Below the pieces are notes generated by a model that was given only the letters and a program-made list of their open reading frames with translations, searched no databases and was not told the origin of the DNA. A stretch of 63,487 nt of DNA, counting the filler, from Octopus bimaculoides (taxonomy: Eukaryota), in assembly GCF_001194135.2 (NCBI RefSeq). It is 5 parts of 5 records of this genome, joined end to end, with 100 filler letters (N's around TTAATTAATTAA, not from the genome) between each part and the next. Parts side by side here need not be neighbours in the genome. Positions count along the whole stretch, not along the records: positions 44,075 to 58,267 come from NC_069002.1; positions 58,368 to 63,487 come from NC_068990.1; 3 more parts are not named here. The stretch is one strand, 5' to 3'. The first letter of the stretch is position 1; every line of letters starts with the position of its first letter. This document shows positions 50,551 to 63,487 of the stretch, piece by piece. The position numbers were made by a program, and so were the translations under genes.

Positions 50551-53500
50551 NNNNNNNNNNNNNNNNNNNNNNNNNNNNNNNNNNNNNNNNNNNNNNNNNN
50601 NNNNNNNNNNNNNNNNNNNNNNNNNNNNNNNNNNNNNNNNNNNNNNNNNNNNNNNNNNNNNNNNNNNNNNNNNNNNNNNNNNNNNNNNNNNNNNNNNNNN
50701 NNNNNNNNNNNNNNNNNNNNNNNNNNNNNNNNNNNNNNNNNNNNNNNNNNNNNNNNNNNNNNNNNNNNNNNNNNNNNNNNNNNNNNNNNNNNNNNNNNNN
50801 NNNNNNNNNNNNNNNNNNNNNNNNNNNNNNNNNNNNNNNNNNNNNNNNNNNNNNNNNNNNNNNNNNNNNNNNNNNNNNNNNNNNNNNNNNNNNNNNNNNN
50901 NNNNNNNNNNNNNNNNNNNNNNNNNNNNNNNNNNNNNNNNNNNNNNNNNNNNNNNNNNNNNNNNNNNNNNNNNNNNNNNNNNNNNNNNNNNNNNNNNNNN
51001 NNNNNNNNNNNNNNNNNNNNNNNNNNNNNNNNNNNNNNNNNNNNNNNNNNNNNNNNNNNNNNNNNNNNNNNNNNNNNNNNNNNNNNNNNNNNNNNNNNNN
51101 NNNNNNNNNNNNNNNNNNNNNNNNNNNNNNNNNNNNNNNNNNNNNNNNNNNNNNNNNNNNNNNNNNGTGTATGTGTATCTGTCAGTGTGGCAATCAATCT
51201 GTCTAACGAAAATAATTTTCATATCATTCCTCTGAGAAATGGCAAAATACAGAAAATCAAAAAATAGTTGTGACGATCGAATTAATGTAATCCTCCTCCA
51301 CTTATAGAGAACGGCTTTGAATGGGATGTGTCATCGTGTCCATCACTAGGGTTGGTTGTCATAGTCATCATCATCATCCACATCATCGTCAGCATTACCA
51401 TCTCATTTATCCTCCTCAACAACAACACGTTCTTCGTCATCATCATCATCAGCAGCATCATAACTGTTTTCTTCTTCTTCTTCGTCGACGTCTTTGGCAC
51501 CAGTGGATTCTTCATCAGCATCAGTCTTATTGCCTTCTGAACCCAATTCGATCGCTGGAGCATACTAGAAATAGCAACCTTTGCTTGTTATCCTTTTAAG
51601 AATGTGAAGTACACATTGTATAATGTAGTGTCATGGCGGAAGATAATGCATGATATCTACGATGTGATGGCCAGCACAAGAACGTCTTTTTTTCGATGTC
51701 TTTCCTCGGCTTGCCTGGTCTGCATTTGAAATGTAATATAATAGATACATCTACTCCAGAAATTGACTGGTACTCTACGACATCGTTCCCGGAGAGATTA
51801 AAGGCATAGTTGATCTCCGTAAGGTTATCCAGAATATAAGGAATCAAGAAAATAACTCAAAGCTCAAACGATTCTTCCAGTTTGCTACTTCGTACAAAGA
51901 AAATAAATAAATCAATTAATTAATCATTGATTAATTACAGTATTGACACACAAATTTGTTTGTGCGCGGAGAAATGGGGGGATGTCGACTAACTCTACAG
52001 CAGGGAGAACCTCTAAATGTCAGCCAACCCGAAAAGAAATGGCAATGAAATGACCCCCAAGTCACGTTCCACCGTCTTAGAAATGCACACCTTGGATAAT
52101 GTAGTTGCGGTTTCTGCCCTCACATAGGAAATAAAGAGGATGGTCCCGGCTGGAATGCCATTTGATCACAAGGACGTCTGCGTGTTAATTGGTAATTTGG
52201 TGCTAGATAACATCTACAACTATTTATTGTCGTTTTGTGTAACACTGTCATCAAAAGACGTTCCTTACGTGACTTACGTAATATTTCCTTGTGTTTATCA
52301 TTGTGGCCTTCCTGACTGAGTGAAAGAGATTTAGACCCCCTACTTCCCCTCGCTATCTTCTTCGTTATTGCTGTTCTTCATCCTGCTTAGCCCCATGTCA
52401 GCAGTGATCAAGCACACTTAACTACCAGAGGCATTCCAGCCATGATCATCCGGTCTTTTTTTTCTTTCCTAAGAACTGAGAGCCCAGTATTACATCATTC
52501 AGTCTCCTTCTGGGAGACTTGGACGTTATTTCGAACAGATATAACTATCATGTTCCTTAACTCTGACTGAATCAGGCACACAGAGATGAAAGAAAACCTA
52601 GCCGTGGCCACCTCGTTTTTCCTCTATGTAAGTGAACCAACCTGTTCTTTTCCAACACAGCAGGGAGTTATTTCAGGGAGATTTAGTCATTATTTCTAGC
52701 GGATTTAGCTACCACATAGAATTTCTTAACGATATCGCATTTCAGCCGTGACCATTCCATTTTTTCCTAAATGCAGGGAATTCAAGAACACTGTGTTTTC
52801 AAAAACTGGTGGGTGTGATTCGAAGGAGATTTCGCTACTATGTCTAGCACTTCGAACTACCCCCTTCTCCGAAACTTTCCCTAAGTTGTTGTTGTTGATG
52901 TGTTTAGCTGCAGGTGAACTCTGATGAAGCAAACTTATTGTCAGATGTATTCGGTGGCAAGGTACGATTTGCGAGATATTATTCGATTGTTACTTCTAGC
53001 GTAGAGACCACCACCACCACCACCACCATCGCTACCATCACCAAAACCATCAACACCACGACCATCACCACCACTGTCGCTACCATCACCAAAACCATCA
53101 ACACCACCACCATCACCACCACTGTCAACAACAGCAGAACCTGAGCCAGCACCATCACCACCATCAAGACACCCAACCATCATTAACAAACTATCACCAC
53201 CACCACCACCAACGTCAACAACACGACCAATACTACCACTTCAAATAATACCACCACCAACACCGAAACCTTCATCGAAACCACTGCCGCCACCATCCCA
53301 TCTCTGCCACTACCTACATTGCCACCACCGCCACCACCATCACCATTATCGCCACCACCACCACCACCACCACCACCGCCGCCAACACCTTCATCATCGG
53401 CTGCTTCCATCAATATCTCTTCGCGAACCTAGCAGCAGCGTCCTTGTTAACTTCGATCACCAGCCTCTGGTGGCTCACTCAGTAAGTGGTCTGTCTATAT

Positions 53501-54361
53501 GTTTGTGTGTCTGTGTGTCCGTAGCATGGAGGAAATGGTTCAGAAGATCGGTTCGCAATCAGCCCCGTCTCGGGTTCAATACACACATCGTATTTTTATT
53601 CTTTCTTTTATTTTCCATTTTCTAGTCTTGAACAAAGGTACAGTCCTTGCTCTCTTTGCAGTGCCCGGATGAAAACGGGTGAAGACGAGACGTTTCAAAC
53701 TGGACTTCCCGATCTGAAATTATGCAACAGAGTGGACCCGTCAAATGCACCCACATGGGCAGGTGGCGGGGTGCTAAACCGGGTGATGGATGAAGCTTAG
53801 AGATTGAATCGGGGTAAATACTTATAGATTCGATGGGATCCTGCTTGTAAAATTGTTTTGCGGAAAGAGGTCTGACAACAAATAGGGTGGATTACATTTC
53901 ACCTTTTATCTCTTCTGCGGCCATACTGGGGCACCGCCTTGAGGAATTTTAGTTGAAGTAATCGATCTTATTTTCTTAAGCTGGGTACTTATTTTATCAG
54001 TCTCTAAAGCCGAACAGCTAAGTTACGGGGACGTAAACACATCAACACACACAACATATATATGATACATAAATACATACATACATGCACACATACACAT
54101 ACGTGCATACATAAATGCACATATATACAGGCACACACACACACATCATATTATATATAGTCACACTCACATATATATACTATTGAGGCGCATATATTTG
54201 TATATATATATATATATATATACCTATATATACTTATTTATGTGTGTGTGCCTGTGTATGTTTGTATTATATATATATAATTTTTATATTCTTTTACTCG
54301 TTTCAGCTATGCAATTGCGGTCATGCTGGAGCATATAGTATAGATATGTGTGTGTGTATTC

Positions 54362-54435
<74 letters not shown>

Positions 54436-55030
54436 GTGTGTGTGTGTGCGTATATATATATATATATATGAATATATATATATATACATATGTACATGCA
54501 TACATACACACACATATACACACACATATGCGTATATACATACATCAAAATGGTAGATAGATATTAGTGTATATTCATATGAGCGCAGTGGTTGTGGTTC
54601 TCGTTGTTGCTGCAGGTGTTTAACTCCGGTTCCTAATCGAGCAGACCAGACTTCTAAACAGCTATTCCAAATTCATTCTAGCTTTGACCATCCTGCCTTC
54701 CATACATATGCTTCATAAGATTACCCGAAAAATGCCTAGGAGGAGGTGTGATAGTTAGTTTCATCATTGTACGTTTTGTGTTCAAATCCGCCCGAATTCG
54801 TCGTTGCTTTTGGTGGTGGTGGCTGAGGTGCGACGATAAAATAAAATATTAATCATGCACCGAGATCGATATAATCAATATATATTACAGACCACCCCTC
54901 ATCCGAAATGTAAGAAATCATTATTTGACAATGATGTTACGTTATAATTTTAAAGATGGTCCAACTGCTACTCTACTGTAAAAATTGACTGTGTAATGGG
55001 TCCCTCCTAAACTCACTAAACATATATTTT

Positions 55031-55090
<60 letters not shown>

Positions 55091-56193
55091 NNNNNNNNNN
55101 NNNNNNNNNNNNNNNNNNNNNNNNNNNNNNNNNNNNNNNNNNNNNNNNNNNNNNNNNNNNNNNNNNNNNNNNNNNNNNNNNNNNNNNNNNNNNNNNNNNN
55201 NNNNNNNNNNNNNNNNNNNNNNNNNNNNNNNNNNNNNNNNNNNNNNNNNNNNNNNNNNNNNNNNNNNNNNNNNNNNNNNNNNNNNNNNNNNNNNNNNNNN
55301 NNNNNNNNNNNNNNNNNNNNNNNNNNNNNNNNNNNNNNNNNNNNNNNNNNNNNNNNNNNNNNNNNNNNNNNNNNNNNNNNNNNNNNNNNNNNNNNNNNNN
55401 NNNNNNNNNNNNNNNNNNNNNNNNNNNNNNNNNNNNNNNNNNNNNNNNNNNNNNNNNNNNNNNNNNNNNNNNNNNNNNNNNNNNNNNNNNNNNNNNNNNN
55501 NNNNNNNNNNNNNNNNNNNNNNNNNNNNNNNNNNNNNNNNNNNNNNNNNNNNNNNNNNNNNNNNNNNNNNNNNNNNNNNNNNNNNNNNNNNNNNNNNNNN
55601 NNNNNNNNNNNNNNNNNNNNNNNNNNNNNNNNNNNNNNNNNNNNNNNNNNNNNNNNNNNNNNNNNNNNNNNNNNNNNNNNNNNNNNNNNNNNNNNNNNNN
55701 NNNNNNNNNNNNNNNNNNNNNNNNNGGTGTATGCTTCCGCCCCGGAATCCGAAACTCGGAGTTTTATCATTGTCACATATAATATTACAAATAAATTCCT
55801 CATATATATATATATAAGTGTATGGGTACGGAAACATGTTTCTATGTATGTATGAAAATGTTGTTGGTGATTAAAGTTTAAGCGCAGGTCTAATGAAGCC
55901 TCGTCAAACTGGCAAGCGATTATTATGCACTGCTCCAGTCGTGACCACCCTCGTTTTTCTATACCAATTGCTACATTGTAGAAGCTATCTCTTGTAGAAA
56001 ACGGCGGAGTGTAAGTTCAAAATTGAAGGGAGACTTTGTTGCTAATAACTATAAGCCTTCGACTATGTGGTCGTACTATAAGCTAGAAAGAACAGTTATA
56101 CTGGAAAAATAAAGACGTGTTAGAGTGTCCTGCATTTAAGATTAGTCAGGATGGTCACATCTAGAACAACTACATTCATAACTCTGTTTGTGT

Positions 56194-56236
<43 letters not shown>

Positions 56237-56314
56237 TATATGTATATATGTATATGTGGGTATATATATACACACAGATATGTATAAATATGTATATATA
56301 TGTATATATATATG

Positions 56315-56404
<90 letters not shown>

Positions 56405-56618
56405 TGTATATATATGTATATATATATATATGTATGTATATGCACATTCCATTATGTATACTCTCCCTATTATACATATGTACACACTCCCCACATGCAT
56501 AAAAGCATACATTTGTATAAAAAACGTGTGTATGTATAGATATTAAAAGCATGAATTCCGCAAGAAGGCGCAGGATAACAGTTTCTTATATATGCGTGTG
56601 CATACATGTACGTGTTTG

Positions 56619-56658
<40 letters not shown>

Positions 56659-57842
56659 TATTTTTAATCGACAGGCAAAAGTTAGAAAGGCAATCATGCA
56701 GCTTCGAGTATATTACTCTGTAGTTTTTGATCATTGTCATTCCAGAAACTGTCGGGTCTTCGATCATCTACCAACGTCTGATTAATAGTAACCCACAAGC
56801 ACACACGTGCAAAGGCACGGAAACACACATACACACACACACACACCTTTTTCATGCGAACACTGATATAGAAAACGTGCGTAGAACCTTGTTCCTGATA
56901 GTACTCCAGTTTCACGTCCTGGGGTGGACAGCTCAGCTCAGAGTAGCGACTAACGAAGTAGATTTAGTTTTGAAGAAACAATATTTTATTTCACCTTACA
57001 ATATGTCGCACATTTTCCTTATAATTACATTTCAAACGTGACGAGACACTTAAATATATATGTATGTATATATATATTATATTACATTACACTATAATAT
57101 ATATATTTATATATATATTTATATATATATGTATGTATTATGTATGTATGCATGTATTATACAAGTATGTATGCTTCCATATATACATAAAAGTATTTGC
57201 GTAAATCTACACATAGAAATTTATTAGTGCGTATATACAAATATAGATATACATAGTATATGTTTATAAATGGATGTAAATATACATACATGCATATAAA
57301 TATACATACAGGTGCGTGTGTGTGNNNNNNNNNNNNNNNNNNNNNNNNNNNNNNNNNNNNNNNNNNNNNNNNNNNNNNNNNNNNNNNNNNNNNNNNNNNN
57401 NNNNNNNNNNNNNNNNNNNNNNNNNNNNNNNNNNNNNNNNNNNNNNNNNNNNNNNNNNNNNNNNNNNNNNNNNNNNNNNNNNNNNNNNNNNNNNNNNNNN
57501 NNNNNNNNNNNNNNNNNNNNNNNNNNNNNNNNNNNNNNNNNNNNNNNNNNNNNNNNNNNNNNNNNNNNNNNNNNNNNNNNNNNNNNNNNNNNNNNNNNNN
57601 NNNNNNNNNNNNNNNNNNNNNNNNNNNNNNNNNNNNNNNNNNNNNNNNNNNNNNNNNNNNNNNNNNNNNNNNNNNNNNNNNNNNNNNNNNNNNNNNNNNN
57701 NNNNNNNNNNNNNNNNNNNNNNNNNNNNNNNNNNNNNNNNNNNNNNNNNNNNNNNNNNNNNNNNNNNNNNNNNNNNNNNNNNNNNNNNNNNNNNNNNNNN
57801 NNNNNNNNNNNNNNNNNNNNNNNNNNNNNNNNNNNNNNNNNN

Positions 57843-57891
<49 letters not shown>

Positions 57892-58218
57892 TAAAGAATA
57901 ATATGTGTGATGTGATTAGCTCGGCATTGATATTCCTGTGTTTCAAGTCTGCCCAAAGACAGAAATCTCTTTTCACAAACAGCAACACAGATCTATATAC
58001 GAGATTATGTACTTCGAAATTTTTGTCTGTATTCTTGCTAAAGGCTATGGTGATAAGAAGCAACACACAGACGTGCGAATATATATACAGACATACATGC
58101 TTACACACATGCATACATGAATGTGCATATACGTAAATATATATTTATAGATAACTAGATACAGATGTATATATGCATATAAGTAAAAATATTTTGTAAA
58201 TTCATACTCTACATTCAT

Positions 58219-58267
<49 letters not shown>

Positions 58268-58367
58268 NNNNNNNNNNNNNNNNNNNNNNNNNNNNNNNNN
58301 NNNNNNNNNNNTTAATTAATTAANNNNNNNNNNNNNNNNNNNNNNNNNNNNNNNNNNNNNNNNNNNN
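58268..58367. other. Synthetic scaffold spacer
   Basis: 44 N + TTAATTAATTAA (58312-58323) + 44 N. Confidence 0.95.
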
Positions 58368-58516
58368 TAGTTGTTGTTGATTTTAAACTTTCTCCTTGTG
58401 TTTTCAGCTGTGTGTATATGTGTGTTGTGTATGTACGTGGTATGTGTCTATGCACACACACATATACAAATATATATTTATTGAGATAATGGACACTTAA
58501 AAAACTAGTCATGATT

Positions 58517-58605
<89 letters not shown>

Positions 58606-58829
58606 CGTCATCATCATGATCATCATGATGTCCATGCTGGCAAGGGTTGGACGGTTTAACCGGGCCTGGTAAGCTGGAAGGCAGCACCAGACTTCAGTCT
58701 GATTTGATATGGTCTTCTATGGCTGGATACCCTTCCGGAGCAATGTCAAATGAGGTGTTTTAATCAGGAACACTACACATCACCTGTCCAAGGTCTTAAC
58801 ATCATAAGTGCAACACCCTAACAATACAC

Positions 58830-58881
<52 letters not shown>

Positions 58882-61800
58882 CACATATATAAAGACAAGA
58901 TGAATATGTAACCAGCAAGTGGTGACATAATCTGATCCTTTACATATCTTAACAACTTAGGCAAACCATGTCCCCAGTCAAAGTTACATATGTACATGTA
59001 AAAATCGAACATTCCATGATACATAATTTTTCTCATTGTATTTTTAATTAATTTCTATATTCATTGTTGCTGCATAGTTGTGATGTGATCTGGGTTTAAA
59101 GCCCTTTATTCTGCTGGAGACACTCTAACAGCATAACTATTTATTAAGCCAGAAAAAATGTAAATGGTCCCAGAATTTAAGTTCAGAAATTATATTTCTT
59201 TGCCACTAGGTACTATGTAAATGCTTCTTAAACTTCTTAAATCCTACAGATCTTTCAAAAGCTTAGCCAAGGTCTTAAGTTGTTAAGCAGATAAGAGATA
59301 AATCTGTCCCTTTGATGCAATACTTGTGTATCTCGTGTAACATTCCCAGATGATACATTATGTATTACCAACGTGATGGATGGTAGGCCTAACATGTCAT
59401 GTGATTTCACATGTGTATGTTTGTGTGTAAGTGTGTGTGTGTGTGTATGTGGGTGTTTGATGAAAGTTGGCATTCCCAAACAAGACAGAATTCTGTGTGA
59501 ATAGTTGACTGCAATATTCAATCCTAATTCATGGCTGAATGGATAGCGATAGCAAGGCCATTCAGCTGTAAAGAGACAAATGTGAAAACAAAGAAAAGCC
59601 ATCTCATCCATAACTACCATGGAAAAATTGATACAAAACAGTAACACACACACACACACACATACACACAAGTGCACACACACACACCATGCAGTTACAC
59701 ATTACACATATACAAATGTGTGTGTGTGCATGCTTTTAATGCATGCTCATGTATGCTTATGTATCTACAGATATATGTGTGTGTATATATATATATANNN
59801 NNNNNNNNNNNNNNNNNNNNNNNNNNNNNNNNNNNNNNNNNNNNNNNNNNNNNNNNNNNNNNNNNNNNNNNNNNNNNNNNNNNNNNNNNNNNNNNNNNNN
59901 NNNNNNNNNNNNNNNNNNNNNNNNNNNNNNNNNNNNNNNNNNNNNNNNNNNNNNNNNNNNNNNNNNNNNNNNNNNNNNNNNNNNNNNNNNNNNNNNNNNN
60001 NNNNNNNNNNNNNNNNNNNNNNNNNNNNNNNNNNNNNNNNNNNNNNNNNNNNNNNNNNNNNNNNNNNNNNNNNNNNNNNNNNNNNNNNNNNNNNNNNNNN
60101 NNNNNNNNNNNNNNNNNNNNNNNNNNNNNNNNNNNNNNNNNNNNNNNNNNNNNNNNNNNNNNNNNNNNNNNNNNNNNNNNNNNNNNNNNNNNNNNNNNNN
60201 NNNNNNNNNNNNNNNNNNNNNNNNNNNNNNNNNNNNNNNNNNNNNNNNNNNNNNNNNNNNNNNNNNNNNNNNNNNNNNNNNNNNNNNNNNNNNNNNNNNN
60301 NNNNNNNNNNNNNNNNNNNNNNNNNNNNNNNNNNNNNNNNNNNNNNNNNNNNNNNNNNNNNNNNNNNNNNNNNNNNNNNNNNNNNNNNNNNNNNNNNNNN
60401 NNNNNNNNNNNNNNNNNNNNNNNNNNNNNNNNNNNNNNNNNNATATATATATATATATATATATATATAAATGAAAACAAACCTGTATAATTGAAAATAG
60501 AAGATAAATTAATACTAAAGGATACTTAGAGTAAAAAACTAAATATCCTTTGAAATTATTTATTAAATAGTTTCAAAATGTGGTATTAGATAATATTTAA
60601 TGGAAAAAAATTATTTATTGTCAGCGTTTTTAAGGCTGATGAATAAATTCTCTTCCAGCATGTTTGTTTTGTGGAACAGTTTGGGCATGAGACAGAATTA
60701 CTAGTGTTATTTGTTTCAGCTGTTTGTATTCTGGATTCAAATTCTGCCTACATGCTATCGACAAGTGTTAATCACCCACCAACAACAGCTCTTCATCAAT
60801 CCATAATTACACAGTAGAGACATGTAGTTTACACTCAGCATAGATAAGCTGTTAACTATTTATTGAAGTTTAGTCCAGCAGTGGATTAAAAAATATCTAA
60901 ATGGAAAAGTGACTGAAAAACAGACCATAGTTGATAAAAGAATATATTGTTGCCTTACTTTAATTTGTAGATATATGAAGAGGAAATATGATGCATAAGG
61001 CTTATTAAATATAATATATGCTAATAAATGAGAATATTTTTTCAGAAATGCATAAAGTTTAAATTATTTTACAGTATTGAAACCCTTGTTTCTGTAAGAT
61101 GAGACTTATTTTGAATGACCATCGGTTAAAGGAGAATTAGAGAAAAGGGATTTGATCATGGGTATACAGGTTTGCAAAAGATATAATTTCCTACTTAGTA
61201 TTTAAATTAGCAATTGTGGCCTTAAGCAACCATGTGTAACTCAATAATGTGTTATTGCTTTCCTGTTTCTCTTTTGAGATGTGTTCTGACTAAATGTTCT
61301 TTAGGTGACTTAAGTTTATGAAGAAAGTTTTAGTTTGTATTGATTATGTTGCAATAGGTTAGTTCTTTTGCATGACACTTTCCTTGAAGTGAGCAGGTAC
61401 TCGTGTTGATACAATTAGCTTTTGAAGTATTTTGATAGTCAAGCTTGAGTTTGTAATTGGAAGAGATTAGAGCTAGCCACTGTTTGTGGAAAATTGCAGA
61501 TACTTGAGTAAGTGATTTTGATAGTCTGGGTTAAGTACCTTATAGTATTTGTGGGCATAAGGGAAATGTTACTATAGGAGTTGAAAGAAATGTTTAGCTT
61601 TAGGGGTTTGAACTCATAGGTTAAAGGACACATTATGCTACTCTGTATGTCTGTTTAAATTTGATGAGTTTTATTACTGTGTTGAAATTATATTTTTACA
61701 TTTTAGCTACTTCTGCCCTGTACCTCTTTACAACTGTCAGATGTTGCATTAAAACCTTTTCATTTGAACACAGTAATCTTAAGAAAATTGAATAATGGTT

Positions 61801-62721
61801 TAAGGTGTCATTGTTCAATATGCAAATTAGCACTTTGCTTAGAAACAGGTAAAGTTTGCTGGCAAAGATAGCATCCAGCCATAGAAAATTTTGCTTCAAT
61901 GATATCTCATCCGACCCATGCAAGCACAGTAAATGTAGACATTAAAACAATGATGATGATGATAAATATACATATATATACATGCACATACATATAGATA
62001 TATCCATATAGATATATGTATTTTTAATATAGATATATGTATTTTAGTATACTATCATATAGATATATGTATTTTAATATACTTTTTCCTCTGCTTCTTT
62101 TTCTAAAGCTTTATACTATCTAGAGATCTCTATGTTATTTATGCATACCATTTTTATACATTTTCATTTTAATTCTACAATTCCTTTTAAGACTTTAGAT
62201 TTTAAAATTTCTTTTAATCCAGTTTTATTGGAACAGCAAATTTTCATATATTCCTAATTATTTAGCTATTTTTCATAACTAATACTCCATAATTTTCTTT
62301 TTCAAGTTTCACATATCTATGTATAGACAGAAATTTCTAAAGATACATTTTATTTCTTTTAAATATAATATAATTTATTTGTATAGCACCGTTTTTATTT
62401 CATTAGACACATATATCCATATTTTATTTTTAACCTAACATCTTTTAGTTTAAGAATACTTCTGTTCTTTATATCACATTATTTTTCTTTAGCAGAAACT
62501 AGCAATTGATTTATTATTCCTTTAAATTCTAACTATCGTGGATATACGATCCAGCTTTTTATAAATTCAACGTTTTTTTTTTGTTTTGTCTTTTTCCAAT
62601 TCACATTATTTCACATAATTGGATATGTTTTTTGAAGTTTACACAATACTCGTATACATATGATTTTGTTAATCTAAATCTGGAAAGCTTTTTTTAAATA
62701 CAGTAATATGATAATAACACT

Positions 62722-62912
62722 TTCTATCTTTGGCACAAGGCCAGTAATTTTGAATGGTGGGGCTCAGTGCTTAACTGGTGCTTATTTTAGCAACCTCCAA
62801 AACAAAGTAAAGTTAACTTCAGCAGAATTTGAACTCAGAACATAAAGCCAGAAAAAATACCACTAAGTATTTTGTCTGACATGCTAACAATTCTACCAGC
62901 TTTACACCCTAC

Positions 62913-62953
<41 letters not shown>

Positions 62954-63421
62954 GTTTCAAATTTTGCCACAAGGGCAGCAATTTTTGGGGAGCAAATGAG
63001 TTGATTACATTGACCCCCAACCTTCAACTGGTACCTCGAAAGGGTGAAAGGCAAAGTCAATCTCAGCAGAATTTGAACCCAGAACATAACGACAGACAAA
63101 ATACCACTAAGCATTTTGTCTGGCTTGCTAACAATTCTGCCAGCTCACCACCTTCATTAATTATGATAATAATAATAATAATTATCATTATTATCATTAT
63201 TTCTACTCTAGGCACAAGGGCTTGAAAATGTTTTGGGGAAGGGGGCTAGTCAATTACATTGACCCCAGTATGTAGCTGGTACTTATTTTATCGACCCTGA
63301 AAGGAGGAAAGGCAAAGTTGGCCTTGGTGGAATTTGAACTCAGAACTTAGCAGCAGATGAAATACCGTTAAGCATTTCACCCGGCATGCTGATGGTTCAG
63401 CCAGCTTGCCAGCCCACTGCC
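62722..63421 (-). mobile_element. Chain of three family A SINEs separated by (AAT)n tracts, CpG-decayed
   Basis: Copies at about 62722-62903, 62953-63152 and 63203-63421, all in the same orientation. Confidence 0.85.
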
Positions 63422-63422
63422 C

Positions 63423-63487
<65 letters not shown>

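Larger units (their letters stand above)
1..63487. repeat. Window-wide dense microsatellites and cryptic trinucleotide repeats: (TA)n, (CA)n, (TAGA)n, (CATA)n, (AAT)n, (CAC)n, (GGT)n, (TTTC)n
   Basis: Directly visible. Most N gaps are bordered by (TA)n, (CA)n or (CT)n tracts. These tracts produce the YIYI, HTHT, VCVC and poly-T/V ORFs in the track. Confidence 0.99.

Noticed and set aside
52914-53144. Thr-rich mucin-like ORF with a 48-bp duplication (53030-53125)
   Set aside because: It is embedded in degenerate (CAC/CAT)n sequence that occurs throughout the window, and nothing independent supports coding.
966-63225. The great majority of ORFs in the six-frame track
   Set aside because: They are read-through of microsatellites (YI, HT, VC, poly-T/V/N/G) or of N gaps and have no domain content.

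Overview
This is eukaryotic, AT-rich, repeat-dominated DNA with no confidently identifiable protein-coding gene. I infer a cephalopod source (Octopus, probably O. bimaculoides) from recall of the SINE and MITE families and the extreme microsatellite load; no search was run. The window is five assembly segments (1-13026, 13127-22831, 22932-43974, 44075-58267, 58368-63487) joined by synthetic 100-bp spacers (44 N + TTAATTAATTAA + 44 N). Almost every ORF in the supplied track is an artefact of microsatellites or N gaps. The sequence supports: (1) many tRNA-headed SINEs (family labels A-E are mine); (2) decayed LINE fragments (four RTE-type, one RLE-type tail) and a mariner transposase pseudogene; (3) hAT and pogo-like MITEs with TIRs and TSDs; (4) several long hairpins; (5) several minimal type I hammerhead ribozyme (HHR) motifs of the kind carried by Penelope-like elements (PLEs). 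The best HHR (16011-16049, minus strand) lies about 190 nt downstream of a GIY-YIG-like C-terminal remnant. Its conserved C3:G8 core pair is swapped to A3:U8 and all other core positions are intact. Other notable signals are CpG decay concentrated in segments 2 and 5, a perfect 60-bp foldback inside a SINE, and an RTE LINE ending in three tandem C2H2 zinc fingers. No CRISPR array, rRNA or true tRNA gene was seen.
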